Source: Anaerohalosphaeraceae bacterium (lineage in GTDB: Bacteria > Planctomycetota > Phycisphaerae > Sedimentisphaerales > Anaerohalosphaeraceae). From it: DNA of 64,000 bases. The notes beneath the pieces are model-generated. The model was not told the origin of the DNA. It did no database searches and saw only the letters and a program-made list of their open reading frames with translations. Position 1 is the stretch's first letter, and each line of letters starts with the position of its first letter. Position numbers and translations under genes: made by a program. The stretch spans positions 8,323-72,322 of the forward strand of contig CAXXSL010000002.1 of assembly GCA_963675525.2 (NCBI GenBank). Direction: 5' to 3'. Below are positions 50,010 to 60,346 of this stretch, in pieces.

Positions 50010-52124
50010 ATGAAGATAACCCTGAAAAGCCGGATATTCTTACTTGTATCGATACTTGTCTTATCATCGATGCTGGCACTGACCTTTGGGCTGCTGAATG
50101 GTCTGGGCAACAGACTCCGCAAGGATTTCAAAACAAGGGGTTCCGTCATCGTCAGCTACTTTGTCCGAAATTCGGCCGAGGGAATCATCATCGAAGATGC
50201 GGATGGACTGGCCCAAACCATCGAGAGTCTGTTTGAGATCGAGCATATTGTATACGCAATGATTTACGATGCCGAAGGAACACGCATTGCCGGCAGAGAG
50301 ACCTTGTATGTGGATCACATATTTTCGTTTGGAATGACGGATCATACCGACGAAATAGACATCAGGCAGATTATCGCCGGTAAGAATAACGATGTTCCGG
50401 TGCTGGATTTTAAGGCCCCGGTTATTGACGAGTTAGGTCGATACGTCGGAAGCGTACAAGTGGGGATCAGCCTTGCGAGCATTCAGGTTGAAATTCAAAA
50501 AATGGCAACTCGTGCGATGACACTGCTGGCAATATTTATCGCCATCGGTTTCGTCGCTTCTTTTCTTGTTGCCAACAGCATTGCAAGCCCGATTTCGAAA
50601 CTGGTTGCTGTAACAGGCTTCGTCGCCAAAGGGGATCTTTCTCAACGGGTGAACATTAGATCAAATGATGAAATCGGTGTCTTGGGGAAATCCTTTAATA
50701 GCATGACGGAGTATTTACAAAAAACAACGACATCTATAGAGAGTCTGAATACAGCCAACCAGCGATTAGAATCTGAAATCGCCGATCGCCAAAAACTCCA
50801 ATTGCGTGACAAGAGGCTGAACCAACTCCAGAAAAAGCTTTTAGAGTCGGGCACCCTGAACAGTAAAATGAATCTGATTACCGATGCATTAGTTCCGCTG
50901 GTGGGTGCTGATTTCGCTCGAATCTGGTTAATCGATAAAGGAGATCGGTGTGAAAACTGTTCGAATGCTGATGCAGCGGATGAACAGAATCGGTGCAAAT
51001 ATCGCGACAAATGCCTGCACCTTGTAGCAAGTTCCGGCAGATACACCCACATTGACGGCGACCATGCCAGGGTGCCATTCGGCTGTTATAAAATTGGACT
51101 TATTGCTTCCGGCGAAGAGGATAGGTTTCTGACGAACGAAGTTATGACAGATTCGCGTGTCCATAACAATCAATGGGCGGCTGAACTTGGGCTTGTCTCT
51201 TTTGCCGGGTATAAACTTTGTGACGCCAAAGGCCAAACGATTGGTGTGATGGCGATATTTGCCGATTACGAAATTGATCCTATGATAGATGATTTTCTTT
51301 ATAGTATATCCCACACCGCATCACAGGTGATCATCAGTAAGCAAGCCGAAAGATTGCTAAAGGCGGCAAAAAAGGAGGCCGAAGCAGCCAATATAGCCAA
51401 GAGCCAGTTTTTGGCTAATATGAGCCATGAGATTCGTACACCCATGAATTCTATAATTGGTTTCAACGAGTTGCTGACAGATGAAAACCTGTCCGATGAA
51501 CAACAAATGTATATTGATGTTGTGAATGATTCCAGCCATAATCTGCTCAGACTCATAGACGATATTTTGGATTTTTCCAAGATCGAAGCCGGTCAACTTG
51601 ACACTGAAATTGTTGAATTCTCATTGGCCAAGCTGCTCCACTCCATTGGGGCATTGATGGAACCGAAGGTCGTTGAAAAAGGGCTTAAATTTGAAGTTAT
51701 AATCAGCGGCTCTCTGCCTGCACAAATACGCTCTGATCCCTCTCGCCTGCGTCAATGCTTGCTTAATCTTGTTAATAACGCGATTAAATTTACGGAAAAA
51801 GGACATGTTTATTTAAATGTTTCACTCGAATATGGCTCTGAGAACGAACCGTTTATCAGATTCGACGTTGAGGATACCGGCATCGGTGTCGCGCCTGAAA
51901 AGCATGAATTGATATTTGAATCATTCACTCAGGCAGACGGAGACACGACTCGTAAGTATGGGGGGACAGGACTCGGATTGACCATTACCAAACAGCTCAC
52001 AGAGCTTATGGGCGGGACACTTACTTTAACAAGCGAAATTGGTCAAGGCTCTGTCTTCTCAATCGTTATACCCGCAGGCGTTGAGATAACAACGCATCCT
52101 TATGTTGGACAGGCAGATTGTTAA
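50010..52124 (+). CDS. Membrane histidine kinase (periplasmic domain, HAMP, GAF, HisKA, HATPase)
   Basis: [36 protein letters not shown]; no receiver domain. Confidence 0.92.
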   Translation: MKITLKSRIFLLVSILVLSSMLALTFGLLNGLGNRLRKDFKTRGSVIVSYFVRNSAEGIIIEDADGLAQTIESLFEIEHIVYAMIYDAEGTRIAGRETLYVDHIFSFGMTDHTDEIDIRQIIAGKNNDVPVLDFKAPVIDELGRYVGSVQVGISLASIQVEIQKMATRAMTLLAIFIAIGFVASFLVANSIASPISKLVAVTGFVAKGDLSQRVNIRSNDEIGVLGKSFNSMTEYLQKTTTSIESLNTANQRLESEIADRQKLQLRDKRLNQLQKKLLESGTLNSKMNLITDALVPLVGADFARIWLIDKGDRCENCSNADAADEQNRCKYRDKCLHLVASSGRYTHIDGDHARVPFGCYKIGLIASGEEDRFLTNEVMTDSRVHNNQWAAELGLVSFAGYKLCDAKGQTIGVMAIFADYEIDPMIDDFLYSISHTASQVIISKQAERLLKAAKKEAEAANIAKSQFLANMSHEIRTPMNSIIGFNELLTDENLSDEQQMYIDVVNDSSHNLLRLIDDILDFSKIEAGQLDTEIVEFSLAKLLHSIGALMEPKVVEKGLKFEVIISGSLPAQIRSDPSRLRQCLLNLVNNAIKFTEKGHVYLNVSLEYGSENEPFIRFDVEDTGIGVAPEKHELIFESFTQADGDTTRKYGGTGLGLTITKQLTELMGGTLTLTSEIGQGSVFSIVIPAGVEITTHPYVGQADC

Positions 52125-52249
52125 TGGTCACGCGATGTTGTGAACCATGAGGCCCCCCTTTCAGCACCATATTCTCTCCAGATGACGATGAAAGGACGTT
52201 AAATTTAACCCAAACACATTATCTCTCAATAATAATACAAAAAGTTTTC

Positions 52250-52279
52250 TTGCAAAGTGCCCGATACCTCGTATATAAT
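52250..52279 (+). promoter_or_regulatory. leu operon promoter
   Basis: TTGCAA(52250-52255)-18-TATAAT(52274-52279). Confidence 0.65.
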
Positions 52280-52286
52280 AACACTC

Positions 52287-52367
52287 ATGAAGCAGGACAA
52301 TGAATATCGTGTTTTCAACTCAGCCGTTATCGCCGGCCTGCTGATTCTGCGCCCCTGCGGCGCATAA
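52287..52367 (+). CDS. Putative leu leader peptide (26 aa)
   Basis: MKQDNEYRVFNSAVIAGLLILRPCGA*, with a V/I/L cluster, upstream of leuA. Confidence 0.65.
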   Translation: MKQDNEYRVFNSAVIAGLLILRPCGA

Positions 52368-52529
52368 ACTACCCTACATACTCTAAATAGACCCTTTTTA
52401 AACTTTCCATTGGATTTTTGCGCCTTTTTTGCGCATAATAGGCCCCTTATTTTGCGGGTCAGGTCTGTCGAATTAATATCGGACAGAAACCGGCTTGTTT
52501 TTAGCTCTATATGAGCATAGGAGTTAGCG

Positions 52530-54107
52530 ATGTCTAAAGATAAAGTGATGATATTTGATACGACGCTGCGTGACGGCGAGCAGGCCGCGGGCAGTCGGCT
52601 TGGTGTACGTGAAAAGCTCGAAATTGCCCGTCAATTGGCCCGATTGGGCGTTGATGTTATCGAAGCGGGTTTTCCCATTTCGTCGCCGAAAGATTTTGAG
52701 GCGGTAGAATTAATCTCCAAAGAGATTAAAGGACCGGAGATTTGCGGGCTTTCGCGTGCGGTTTTGGCGGATATTGATGCCTGCGGCAAGGCGCTGGCCA
52801 CGGCCAAACGCAGCCGGATCCATACGGGTCTGGGTATTTCGGATATCCATATCGCTGGTAAGTTCGGTGATGAAAAATATGGCAAGACACTTGGTGAAAA
52901 AAAGGCCAAGGCGATCGAGATGGCGGTCGCGGCGGTTAAACACGCCCGTCAGTACACTGACTCAGTGGAGTTTTATACCGAAGATTCCGGACGGGCCGAA
53001 CCGGCGTATCTCTATGAGATACTGGAAGCGGTGATTGACGCCGGGGCGACTGTGTTGAATATTCCGGATACGACCGGCTATGCGATTCCATACGAGTTTG
53101 GAATGCTGATTCGGCAGATTCGAGAAAAAGTTCCGAATATCGACAAGGCGATTATTAGTGCGCATTGTCACGATGACCTGGGTTTGGCGGTTGCCAATTC
53201 ATTAGCTGCGGTGCGAAACGGTGCCCGGCAGGTGGAATGCACTATTAACGGCATTGGTGAGCGTGCCGGTAACGCAGCGATGGAAGAAGTGGTCATGGCG
53301 ATGCGGACCCGGCAGGATTTCTTCGACGTGGATACTAATATCGTTACGAGCGAGTTTTGCCGCACCAGCCGGATGGTGGCGGACATGCTGGGCTTTATGG
53401 TTCCGCCCAACAAAGCGGTGGTCGGCAGCAACGCCTTTGCGCACAGTTCCGGCATCCATGTGGACGGTGTGCTGAAAAAACGCGAGACCTACGAAATCAT
53501 GAAGCCTGAAGACGTGGGCGCGCATAAGACCAAGGTGGTGTTGACGGCTCGGACGGGCCGGCATGGTCTGCGGCATCGTCTTGAAGAGATGGGTTATTCG
53601 CTGTCGAAGGAAGAACTTGAGAATATTTATGAGCGATTCCTGGTGGTGGCGGATAAGAAACGGGAAGTTTTTGACGAGGATATCGCGGCACTGATCGGCG
53701 ACGAAGCCCGCATGGTCGACCAGGCGTATCATCTGGAGTACCTGAGTGTGACCAGCGGTACGGGTACGCTGCCGACCGGTGCGGTGAAGATTCGGTTGCC
53801 GGACGGGGAAATCCGTCAGGCGGCGGCCTGCGGTGACGGCCCGGTCGATGCGGCCTACGAGGCGATTCGTCAGGCGACGGGACAATCGCCCGTGCTGGAC
53901 AACTACAACATTCGGGCGATTACCGGCGGCAAAGAAGCGATGGGCGAAGCGACGGTGCGGATCGAGAACGAAGCGGGCCGGACGTTCATCGGACGCGGCG
54001 TTTCGACGGATATCATTGAAGCCAGCGCCAAAGCCTATGTGGATGCGATTAACCGGATGGTAGCGGTCAAGGGCGATAGCGACGAAGAAACAAAAATTGA
54101 GTTGTAA
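52530..54107 (+). CDS. leuA: 2-isopropylmalate synthase
   Basis: FDTTLRDGEQ, HCHDDLG, GERAGN, HSSGIHVDG, GDGPVDA regulatory domain. Confidence 0.96.
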   Translation: MSKDKVMIFDTTLRDGEQAAGSRLGVREKLEIARQLARLGVDVIEAGFPISSPKDFEAVELISKEIKGPEICGLSRAVLADIDACGKALATAKRSRIHTGLGISDIHIAGKFGDEKYGKTLGEKKAKAIEMAVAAVKHARQYTDSVEFYTEDSGRAEPAYLYEILEAVIDAGATVLNIPDTTGYAIPYEFGMLIRQIREKVPNIDKAIISAHCHDDLGLAVANSLAAVRNGARQVECTINGIGERAGNAAMEEVVMAMRTRQDFFDVDTNIVTSEFCRTSRMVADMLGFMVPPNKAVVGSNAFAHSSGIHVDGVLKKRETYEIMKPEDVGAHKTKVVLTARTGRHGLRHRLEEMGYSLSKEELENIYERFLVVADKKREVFDEDIAALIGDEARMVDQAYHLEYLSVTSGTGTLPTGAVKIRLPDGEIRQAAACGDGPVDAAYEAIRQATGQSPVLDNYNIRAITGGKEAMGEATVRIENEAGRTFIGRGVSTDIIEASAKAYVDAINRMVAVKGDSDEETKIEL

Positions 54108-54116
54108 ATAATATTT

Positions 54117-54189
54117 AACCATGAAGTACATGAAGCAAATGAAGAATTAATTTTATTTTTACTTTATGCTCTTCATGGCCTTCATGGTT
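54117..54189. repeat. Long hairpin built from 9-bp CATGAAG units
   Basis: AACCATGAAGTACATGAAGCAAATGAAG-AT-rich loop-CTTTATGCTCTTCATGGCCTTCATGGTT. Confidence 0.85.
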
Positions 54190-54223
54190 GATTTAAGTTG
54201 AAATGAAACGGAGATAGCAAACA

Positions 54224-55486
54224 ATGCCAATGACAATAACAGAAAAGATATTTGCACGTGCTGCCGGCAAGAGCAGCGTAAAGGCCGGTGACCTGGTCAA
54301 TGCCAAAGTGGACGGCATCATGTGTCACGATGTGACGACACCGCCGGCGATATCAATGCTGCAAGAAAAAGGCATCGACAAGGTCTTCGATGTGGAAAAG
54401 CTGTACGTGACGCCGGACCATTTTCAGCCGCCGAAAGATATTAAAAGTGCCGAACTGCATAAGCGGCTGGACAAATGGGCGCGGGAAAAGAAATTGCCGT
54501 ACTATTACCCGCTCGGCAAGGCGGGCGTTTGTCATGCGCTGCTGCCGGAGCAGGGACACATTCGTCCCGGCGAAGTAATCGTTGGCGGTGATTCACATAC
54601 GTGTACCTATGGGGCGTTCGGCTGTTTTTCTGCGGGGATCGGTTCGACTGATCTGGCGGCGGCGATCGCCACGGGCGAGTTGTGGTTTAAAGTCCCTGCC
54701 TCCATGCGGTTTACGCTGAACGGTTCGCTGCCGAAAGGCGTTTACAGTAAAGATGTGGTTCTTGAGGTGATCCGCCGTATCGGGACTGATGGTGCATTAT
54801 ATAAAGCCATCGAGTATGTCGGTCCTGCGCTTAAAGAAATGAGCATGGAAGCCCGGATGACAATTACGAACATGGCGATCGAGGCCGGCGGCAAGAATGC
54901 GATCATGGCCTGTGATGAGGTGACGGAAGACTACCTTAAGGGACGTCTTAAAGGCAAACAGGATTATACACCGGTCGAATCGGATGCTGACGCCGAGTAT
55001 GTGCATGAAGATACGATCGATTGCTCGAAACTGGAGCCCCTGGTGGCATTTCCGCATTTACCCAGTGACGGCCGGCCGATCAGCGAGTGTGCGGGTCACG
55101 AAATGGACCAGTGCTACCTCGGAAGCTGTACGAACGGACGCATCGAGGATTTCCGGATTGCTGCAAGTATTATGAAGGGCAAAACGGTTAAGATTCGCAC
55201 GTTGGTTGTGCCGACGACGCCGGAAGTCTGGAAGCAGGCGAACGATGAAGGCTTGTTTGATATCTTCTACGATGCCGGCTGTGTCATCAGTGCGCCGACG
55301 TGCGGGGCATGTCTCGGCGGATTCATGGGCGTGCTGGGTGCGGAGGAAAGATGCGTCAGTACAACCAACCGCAACTTCGTCGGTCGGATGGGACACCCGA
55401 CCAGCGAAGTGTATCTGTGTAACCCTGCAACGGCGGCCGCAAGTGCCGTTGAAGGCAAGCTTGCCGACCCGAGAAAGTATCTTTGA
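54224..55486 (+). CDS. leuC: 3-isopropylmalate dehydratase large subunit
   Basis: [39 protein letters not shown]. Confidence 0.95.
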   Translation: MPMTITEKIFARAAGKSSVKAGDLVNAKVDGIMCHDVTTPPAISMLQEKGIDKVFDVEKLYVTPDHFQPPKDIKSAELHKRLDKWAREKKLPYYYPLGKAGVCHALLPEQGHIRPGEVIVGGDSHTCTYGAFGCFSAGIGSTDLAAAIATGELWFKVPASMRFTLNGSLPKGVYSKDVVLEVIRRIGTDGALYKAIEYVGPALKEMSMEARMTITNMAIEAGGKNAIMACDEVTEDYLKGRLKGKQDYTPVESDADAEYVHEDTIDCSKLEPLVAFPHLPSDGRPISECAGHEMDQCYLGSCTNGRIEDFRIAASIMKGKTVKIRTLVVPTTPEVWKQANDEGLFDIFYDAGCVISAPTCGACLGGFMGVLGAEERCVSTTNRNFVGRMGHPTSEVYLCNPATAAASAVEGKLADPRKYL

Positions 55487-55489
55487 GAG

Positions 55490-55963
55490 AAACTCTAAAT
55501 TCTAATCTCTAAACCCTAAACAAATACAAATGACAGAAACTCAAAATACAAAACAGTACGACCTTGAGGACAGGACGCTTGAATTTGCACGGTGCGTGAG
55601 GGGTTTTGTAAAGAGATTAGATCGAACGTTGGCGAACATAGAAGATGGCAAACAGCTTATAAGGTCTTCCGGGTCAGTTGGAGCAAACTACATCGAAGCT
55701 AATGAGGCTTTGAGCAAAAAGGATTTTTTAATGCGTGTCAAAATATGCCGCAAAGAAGCCAAAGAGAGTCGGTATTGGTTGAAACTGATAAATATAGACG
55801 GCAAAAAAGAGCTTGGACACGAAAGGGATGTCTTAGAAAACGAAGCCAGTGAACTTACAAATATTTTTGGTGCGATTGTAACCAAAAGTAAGTAGTTTTT
55901 TTGAAAATTTGCTGTTGGGATTTGGATATTGTTTAGGATTTAGAAATTAGAGATTAGAATTTT
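55490..55963. mobile_element. Four-helix-bundle cassette bounded by heptamer-based inverted repeats
   Basis: Left arm AAACTCT AAATTCT AATCTCT AAACCCT AAAC (from 55490); right arm 55920-55963 is its approximate reverse complement. Mobility is inferred. Confidence 0.65.
55530..55895 (+). CDS. Four helix bundle protein (23S IVP/bAvd-like)
   Basis: DLEDRT, QLIRSSGSVGANYIEA, SKKDF, KEAKESRYWL. Confidence 0.92.
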   Translation: MTETQNTKQYDLEDRTLEFARCVRGFVKRLDRTLANIEDGKQLIRSSGSVGANYIEANEALSKKDFLMRVKICRKEAKESRYWLKLINIDGKKELGHERDVLENEASELTNIFGAIVTKSK

Positions 55964-55976
55964 TTTGAGGTTTATA

Positions 55977-56459
55977 ATGGCAAAGGCACATGTTTATCAA
56001 CGGGACCACGTGAATACGGATGAGATTATTCCCGCGCGCTATTTGAATACGGATGATATCACGGAGTTGGCGAAGCATTGCATGGAAGATCTGGATGTGG
56101 ATTTCATGAAGAAATGTCAGCCGGGCGATGTGATTGTCTGCGGCGATGACTTTGGCTGCGGCAGCAGCCGGGAACACGCGGTCTGGGCGATCCAAGGAGC
56201 GAAGGTCGGTGCAGTGATCGCGCAGTCATTCGGGCGGATCTACTATCGCAACTGCATCAACTGCGGCTTCTACCCCATCGAACTGCACGGGGCGCTGGAG
56301 AAGATCAACGACGGCGACGAGCTGGTAATTGATTACAAAGCCGGAACGATCGACAACAAGACGCAGGGCACGACGATCGCGTTTACGCCGCTGCCGGAGT
56401 TTGCGCTGGAAATCGTCAACGACGGCGGCCTGCTCGATCATATTAAAAAGCGAAAATAA
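55977..56459 (+). CDS. leuD: 3-isopropylmalate dehydratase small subunit
   Basis: [31 protein letters not shown]; start 55977. Confidence 0.95.
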   Translation: MAKAHVYQRDHVNTDEIIPARYLNTDDITELAKHCMEDLDVDFMKKCQPGDVIVCGDDFGCGSSREHAVWAIQGAKVGAVIAQSFGRIYYRNCINCGFYPIELHGALEKINDGDELVIDYKAGTIDNKTQGTTIAFTPLPEFALEIVNDGGLLDHIKKRK

Positions 56460-56503
56460 AAATGCAAAATCGCAGAAATTGAATAGAAAGGGAAGCAACG
56501 ATA

Positions 56504-57589
56504 ATGAAGACGTATAAGATTGGTGTGATGGGCGGGGATGGAACCGGCCCGGAAGTAACCGTCGAAGCGGTTAAGGTCATGGATGCGGCCTGTGCCAAGT
56601 TTGGCTTTAAAATAGAGCAGACCGAATATGACTTCGGCGGCGAACGCTATAAACGGACCGGTGAGATTCTGCCGGATGGCGCGGTTGACGAGCTGAAGAA
56701 GCAGGACGCTATCCTGCTGGGTGCCATCGGCCATCCGGACGTCAAGCCCGGTATCCTTGAAAAAGGGCTGCTGCTGCGGATGCGGTTTGAACTGGATCAA
56801 TATATTAACCTGCGTCCGGTGCGATTGTTCCCCGGCGTGGAAACGCCGCTGAAAGACAAAGGCCCCAAAGAGATCGATTACGTTGTCGTTCGTGAAAACT
56901 CCGGCGATATTTATACCGGCTCCGGCGGGCTGATGATGAAAGATACCCCGCACGAAGTGGCGACTCAGACGGCGGTCTATACCCGTTTCCAAGTGGATCG
57001 TGCCTTGAAGTATGCCTTTGAATATGCTCGCAAGCACGGCAAGAAGGCCCGCGGCGTCGGCGACGAAAACACGCTCGGCCTGGTCGGCAAGACCAACGTG
57101 CTGACATTTGTCTATGACCTGTGGGAACGGGCGTTTCATGAAATGGGCAAAAAGGACTATCCGGATATCCGACGGGATTACTACCATGTGGATGCGACGT
57201 GCATGTGGATGGTTAAGAGCCCGGAATGGTTTGATGTGCTGGTGACCGGTAACCTGTTCGGCGATATCATCACGGACTTGGGTGCGATTACGCAGGGCGG
57301 CATGGGCATCGCCGCCGGCGGTAACATCAACCCCGAAGGCGTCAGCATGTTTGAGCCGATCGGCGGGTCTGCGCCGAAGTATACCGGCATGGGCGTTATC
57401 AACCCGCTGGCCGCGATTTGTGCGATGCAGATGATGCTGGAGACGCTGGGCGAAGAGGCCGCGGCGAAAAAGATTGACGAGGCGGTTCGTTATGTGACGG
57501 CCAATAAGCTGAAATCACTGGCCGCTAAACAGATGGGCTATACCACCAGCCAGGTCGGCGACATGGTAGCGGAGTTAGTTGCACAGTAA
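56504..57589 (+). CDS. leuB: 3-isopropylmalate dehydrogenase
   Basis: GDGTGPEV, NLRP, VRENS, NLFGDIITD, FEPIGGSAP; position in the leu operon. Confidence 0.92.
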   Translation: MKTYKIGVMGGDGTGPEVTVEAVKVMDAACAKFGFKIEQTEYDFGGERYKRTGEILPDGAVDELKKQDAILLGAIGHPDVKPGILEKGLLLRMRFELDQYINLRPVRLFPGVETPLKDKGPKEIDYVVVRENSGDIYTGSGGLMMKDTPHEVATQTAVYTRFQVDRALKYAFEYARKHGKKARGVGDENTLGLVGKTNVLTFVYDLWERAFHEMGKKDYPDIRRDYYHVDATCMWMVKSPEWFDVLVTGNLFGDIITDLGAITQGGMGIAAGGNINPEGVSMFEPIGGSAPKYTGMGVINPLAAICAMQMMLETLGEEAAAKKIDEAVRYVTANKLKSLAAKQMGYTTSQVGDMVAELVAQ

Positions 57590-57615
57590 AGCACAAGTTT
57601 CTTTGAAAAGTTTAC

Positions 57616-57649
57616 AAACGCTGCCGGTTTACATCGGCGGCGTTTTTTT
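57616..57649 (+). terminator. leu operon intrinsic terminator
   Basis: AAACGCTGCCG-loop-CGGCGGCGTTT plus T run. Confidence 0.85.
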
Positions 57650-57677
57650 ATAGAATATATTGCCACCGATAATAATT

Positions 57678-57746
57678 TGTCATGCCGGGCTTGACCCGGC
57701 ATCCAGCGGGTGTCGCATGGATCCCGGCTCGGGGGCCGGGATGACA
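57678..57746. repeat. REP-like double-hairpin element with TGTCAT...ATGACA ends
   Basis: TGTCATGCCGGGCTTGACCCGGCATCCA...TGGATCCCGGCTCGGGGGCCGGGATGACA. Confidence 0.85.
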
Positions 57747-57791
57747 TGAAGAGAGCGGGATGATAAGTGAATTTGGAGTTTACCGAAGGTT

Positions 57792-58769
57792 ATGCCAGCG
57801 AATTTAACAGCGCAATATAAAAAGGCCGAGGAACGGTACAAGGCCGCCGGGACGGACGAGGAAAAACTTAGCGCCTTGGAGGAGATGTTGCGCGAGATTC
57901 CCAAGCACAAGGGAACCGAGCATTTGCAGGCGGATTTAAAAAAACGACGCAGCAAACTCAAAGAGGCGATTGAAGGCGGCAGCAAAAAGGGCGGCGTCAA
58001 ACATGTCGATATCTTTCATATTCCCAAAAGCGGCGCCGGACAGGTGGCATTGGTGGGAATGCCCAACTGCGGCAAGAGCGCGATTCTTGCGGCATTGACC
58101 AGTGCCCATGTGCATGTGGCTGATTTTCCGTTTGCGACGGATAAACCTGTTCCCGGCATGGCGCTGTATGAGGATGTGCCGATTCAGTTGGTTGATGCGC
58201 CGCCGATTACGGCCGATTTTGCCCCGCCGGGACTGGTCAATACCTACCGTGCTGCCGATTTGCTGGCGATTGTGATTGATTTGGCGGGGGCGGTACTGGA
58301 ACAGATGGAAGTCTGTACGGCGTACCTGGATTCGCATAAGCTGATTTTGACCGAAGGCGGCGATGCCCATCTGGGGCGAATGACATTTGTGATTGCGACC
58401 AAGACCGATGTTGCGCCGGAAGGGACACTGGCGACGCTGAAAGAACTGACGGAGCGACCGTTCGAGTATATCGAGATTTCCAGCGAGACAAAGGCCGGGC
58501 TGGATGATTTGATGCGGCGCATTTTCGAAATGCTGGATGTCGTGCGGGTGTATGCGAAAAAGCCGCACGAGGAACCGGACATGAAAGAACCGTTCACACT
58601 CAAGCGGGGCAGTAATGTGCATGACCTGGCGTATCATATTCATCGGGAGCTGGCGGATAAACTCAAGACCGCCCGCGCGTGGAACTCACCGAAGATACAC
58701 GACGGGCAAAACGTGCCGCGAGAACATGTGCTTAGTGATAAGGAAATAATTGAGCTGCACTTTAGTTAG
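57792..58769 (+). CDS. OBG/DRG-like GTPase with TGS domain
   Basis: IPKHKGTEHL, GMPNCGKS, FPFAT, TKTD, C-terminal TGS (HVLSDKEIIELH). Confidence 0.88.
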   Translation: MPANLTAQYKKAEERYKAAGTDEEKLSALEEMLREIPKHKGTEHLQADLKKRRSKLKEAIEGGSKKGGVKHVDIFHIPKSGAGQVALVGMPNCGKSAILAALTSAHVHVADFPFATDKPVPGMALYEDVPIQLVDAPPITADFAPPGLVNTYRAADLLAIVIDLAGAVLEQMEVCTAYLDSHKLILTEGGDAHLGRMTFVIATKTDVAPEGTLATLKELTERPFEYIEISSETKAGLDDLMRRIFEMLDVVRVYAKKPHEEPDMKEPFTLKRGSNVHDLAYHIHRELADKLKTARAWNSPKIHDGQNVPREHVLSDKEIIELHFS

Positions 58770-58783
58770 GGATTAAAAAACCA

Positions 58784-59401
58784 ATGGGACGTTATGCATA
58801 TGTTATTGAGCAGGCTTCTCTATATGGGCAAGATCGTCTTGCAGTATTTGAAATAGATGGCTATATTATTTTATTGCTTGCTGATGGAGCGGGAGGGGCT
58901 AAAGGAGCGGAACAAGTATCCGAAAAGTATATTGAGTTTATGATTGATCGACTTAGGAGCGATACAATATCGAGAGATTCAATGGTCGCAGAACAAATGA
59001 TGCGAGATGTAGATTTGAAATTATTTCCATTTTCGGACGGTTGCGAGTCAACCGCAATTGTTATTTTTATTAAAGGCAGTGAAGTCTGGGGTGCCAGCGT
59101 CGGGGATTCAAGGGCTTGGGTATTTAATGACGAATTCGAATATGAATTGACAAAAAATCAATATTGCAAACCGATGCTTGGAAGCGGACGCGCAATCCCC
59201 GTCGGCTTTGGTCCAATTTTGTTTGATGGCTTTGTCGTCGTGGGTTCCGATGGCTTATTTAATTATACGTCGATAAGTCACATAAAGGAAAAGTTAGATT
59301 CTGTAGAGCTTGTTGATATCCCAAAATCATTGGTTGATCTTGTTCGGTTAGCATCCGGAAATTTACAGGACGATTGTTCAGTTATTGTGTATAAAACATA
59401 A
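58784..59401 (+). CDS. PP2C-like phosphatase
   Basis: GQDR, LADGAGG, SVGDSRAW, GSDGL, QDDCS; AT-rich. Confidence 0.82.
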   Translation: MGRYAYVIEQASLYGQDRLAVFEIDGYIILLLADGAGGAKGAEQVSEKYIEFMIDRLRSDTISRDSMVAEQMMRDVDLKLFPFSDGCESTAIVIFIKGSEVWGASVGDSRAWVFNDEFEYELTKNQYCKPMLGSGRAIPVGFGPILFDGFVVVGSDGLFNYTSISHIKEKLDSVELVDIPKSLVDLVRLASGNLQDDCSVIVYKT

Positions 59402-59435
59402 GAGACAACTATTAGCGGTTTACTTGGAGATTTTT

Positions 59436-59630
59436 ATGGAGTGTAAAAAAGATAAGAATGTGAGTTTTTGTAATTGCAGTTATCCGGGTTGCGGCAAGAA
59501 GGGGGTTTGCTGTGAATGCCTGCAATACCATTTGAAGATGAAACAACTTCCCGGCTGCTGTTTCCCCGACGAAGTCGAGCGCACCTACGACCGCAGCTTC
59601 ACGGCATTCGCCAAGGCGTGGAAGCTGTAG
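59436..59630 (+). CDS. Small Cys-rich protein (DUF6485-like)
   Basis: ATG 59436 after GGAG; CNCSYPGCGKKGVCCECLQYH...LPGCCFP. Confidence 0.75.
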   Translation: MECKKDKNVSFCNCSYPGCGKKGVCCECLQYHLKMKQLPGCCFPDEVERTYDRSFTAFAKAWKL

Positions 59631-59632
59631 AA

Positions 59633-59667
59633 TTGTCGATTGTCGATTGACGAGGGACGATTGGAGA
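59633..59667. repeat. Degenerate heptamer tandem repeat
   Basis: TTGTCGA TTGTCGA TTGACGA GGGACGA TTGGAGA. Confidence 0.65.
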
Positions 59668-59678
59668 AAGTATTACGA

Positions 59679-59780
59679 TGTCATCCTGAACGCAGTGAAG
59701 GATCTCAACTGTTTTGATAACACGATCTGTAAGGTTGTGGTGAGATTCTTCGTCCCGATACGTCGGGACTCAGAATGACG
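59679..59780. repeat. REP-like inverted element with nested hairpin
   Basis: GTCATCCTGAACGCAGTGAAGGATCTC...GAGATTCTTCG[TCCCGATACGTCGGGA]CTCAGAATGAC. Confidence 0.8.
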
Positions 59781-59896
59781 TTTTCGAAGGAAACAATAGG
59801 GCAAACACCATGAAATCTACCTGTCCGACCCCCGCCGCGTTGCACCGGAAAAATTAAAAACCATTGTTCGCAGGCCGGTAAATAAAATATAAGAGA

Positions 59897-60337
59897 TTAT
59901 TTTGTTTTTTGGTCGAGCTTATGGATTAACTTAACAATGTCAGATTCATCAACTGTATCCAAGATTCTTTCAGCATCTATTTTCAGTAATGTCTCCAAAG
60001 CATCTTGAATTGCTCTTATTTGAGATGGTGTGAGATTATCCAATCTTCCTTCTGATTCTAAGTGAAAGATGAGTTGATCAATATAGTCGTCTTCAAAAGC
60101 AAGTCTTATCATGGCGGGAAGGTAATAAGTAAAGGCTTGATCGCCAGCAAAACAGATGGGATCCCAGCAGGGATTTCCAAGCTGGTCTATCGTAATAGTA
60201 TCGGGATTAAAATTAGACAAAGTTTGATTGTGTTCAATACACTCGTCACAATGACAGGTGCCACGAATAAAAACCGTTGGGCGTTTTATATCACGAAATG
60301 CTTTTTTAACAACATTGATAGCTTCAGATTTTGTCAT
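59897..60337 (-). CDS. Hypothetical protein (AT-rich)
   Basis: 146-aa ORF; CHCDECIEH, AFTYYLPAMIR; directly after the pheT stop. Confidence 0.65.
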   Translation of the reverse strand: MTKSEAINVVKKAFRDIKRPTVFIRGTCHCDECIEHNQTLSNFNPDTITIDQLGNPCWDPICFAGDQAFTYYLPAMIRLAFEDDYIDQLIFHLESEGRLDNLTPSQIRAIQDALETLLKIDAERILDTVDESDIVKLIHKLDQKTK

Positions 60338-60346
60338 AATAATATA

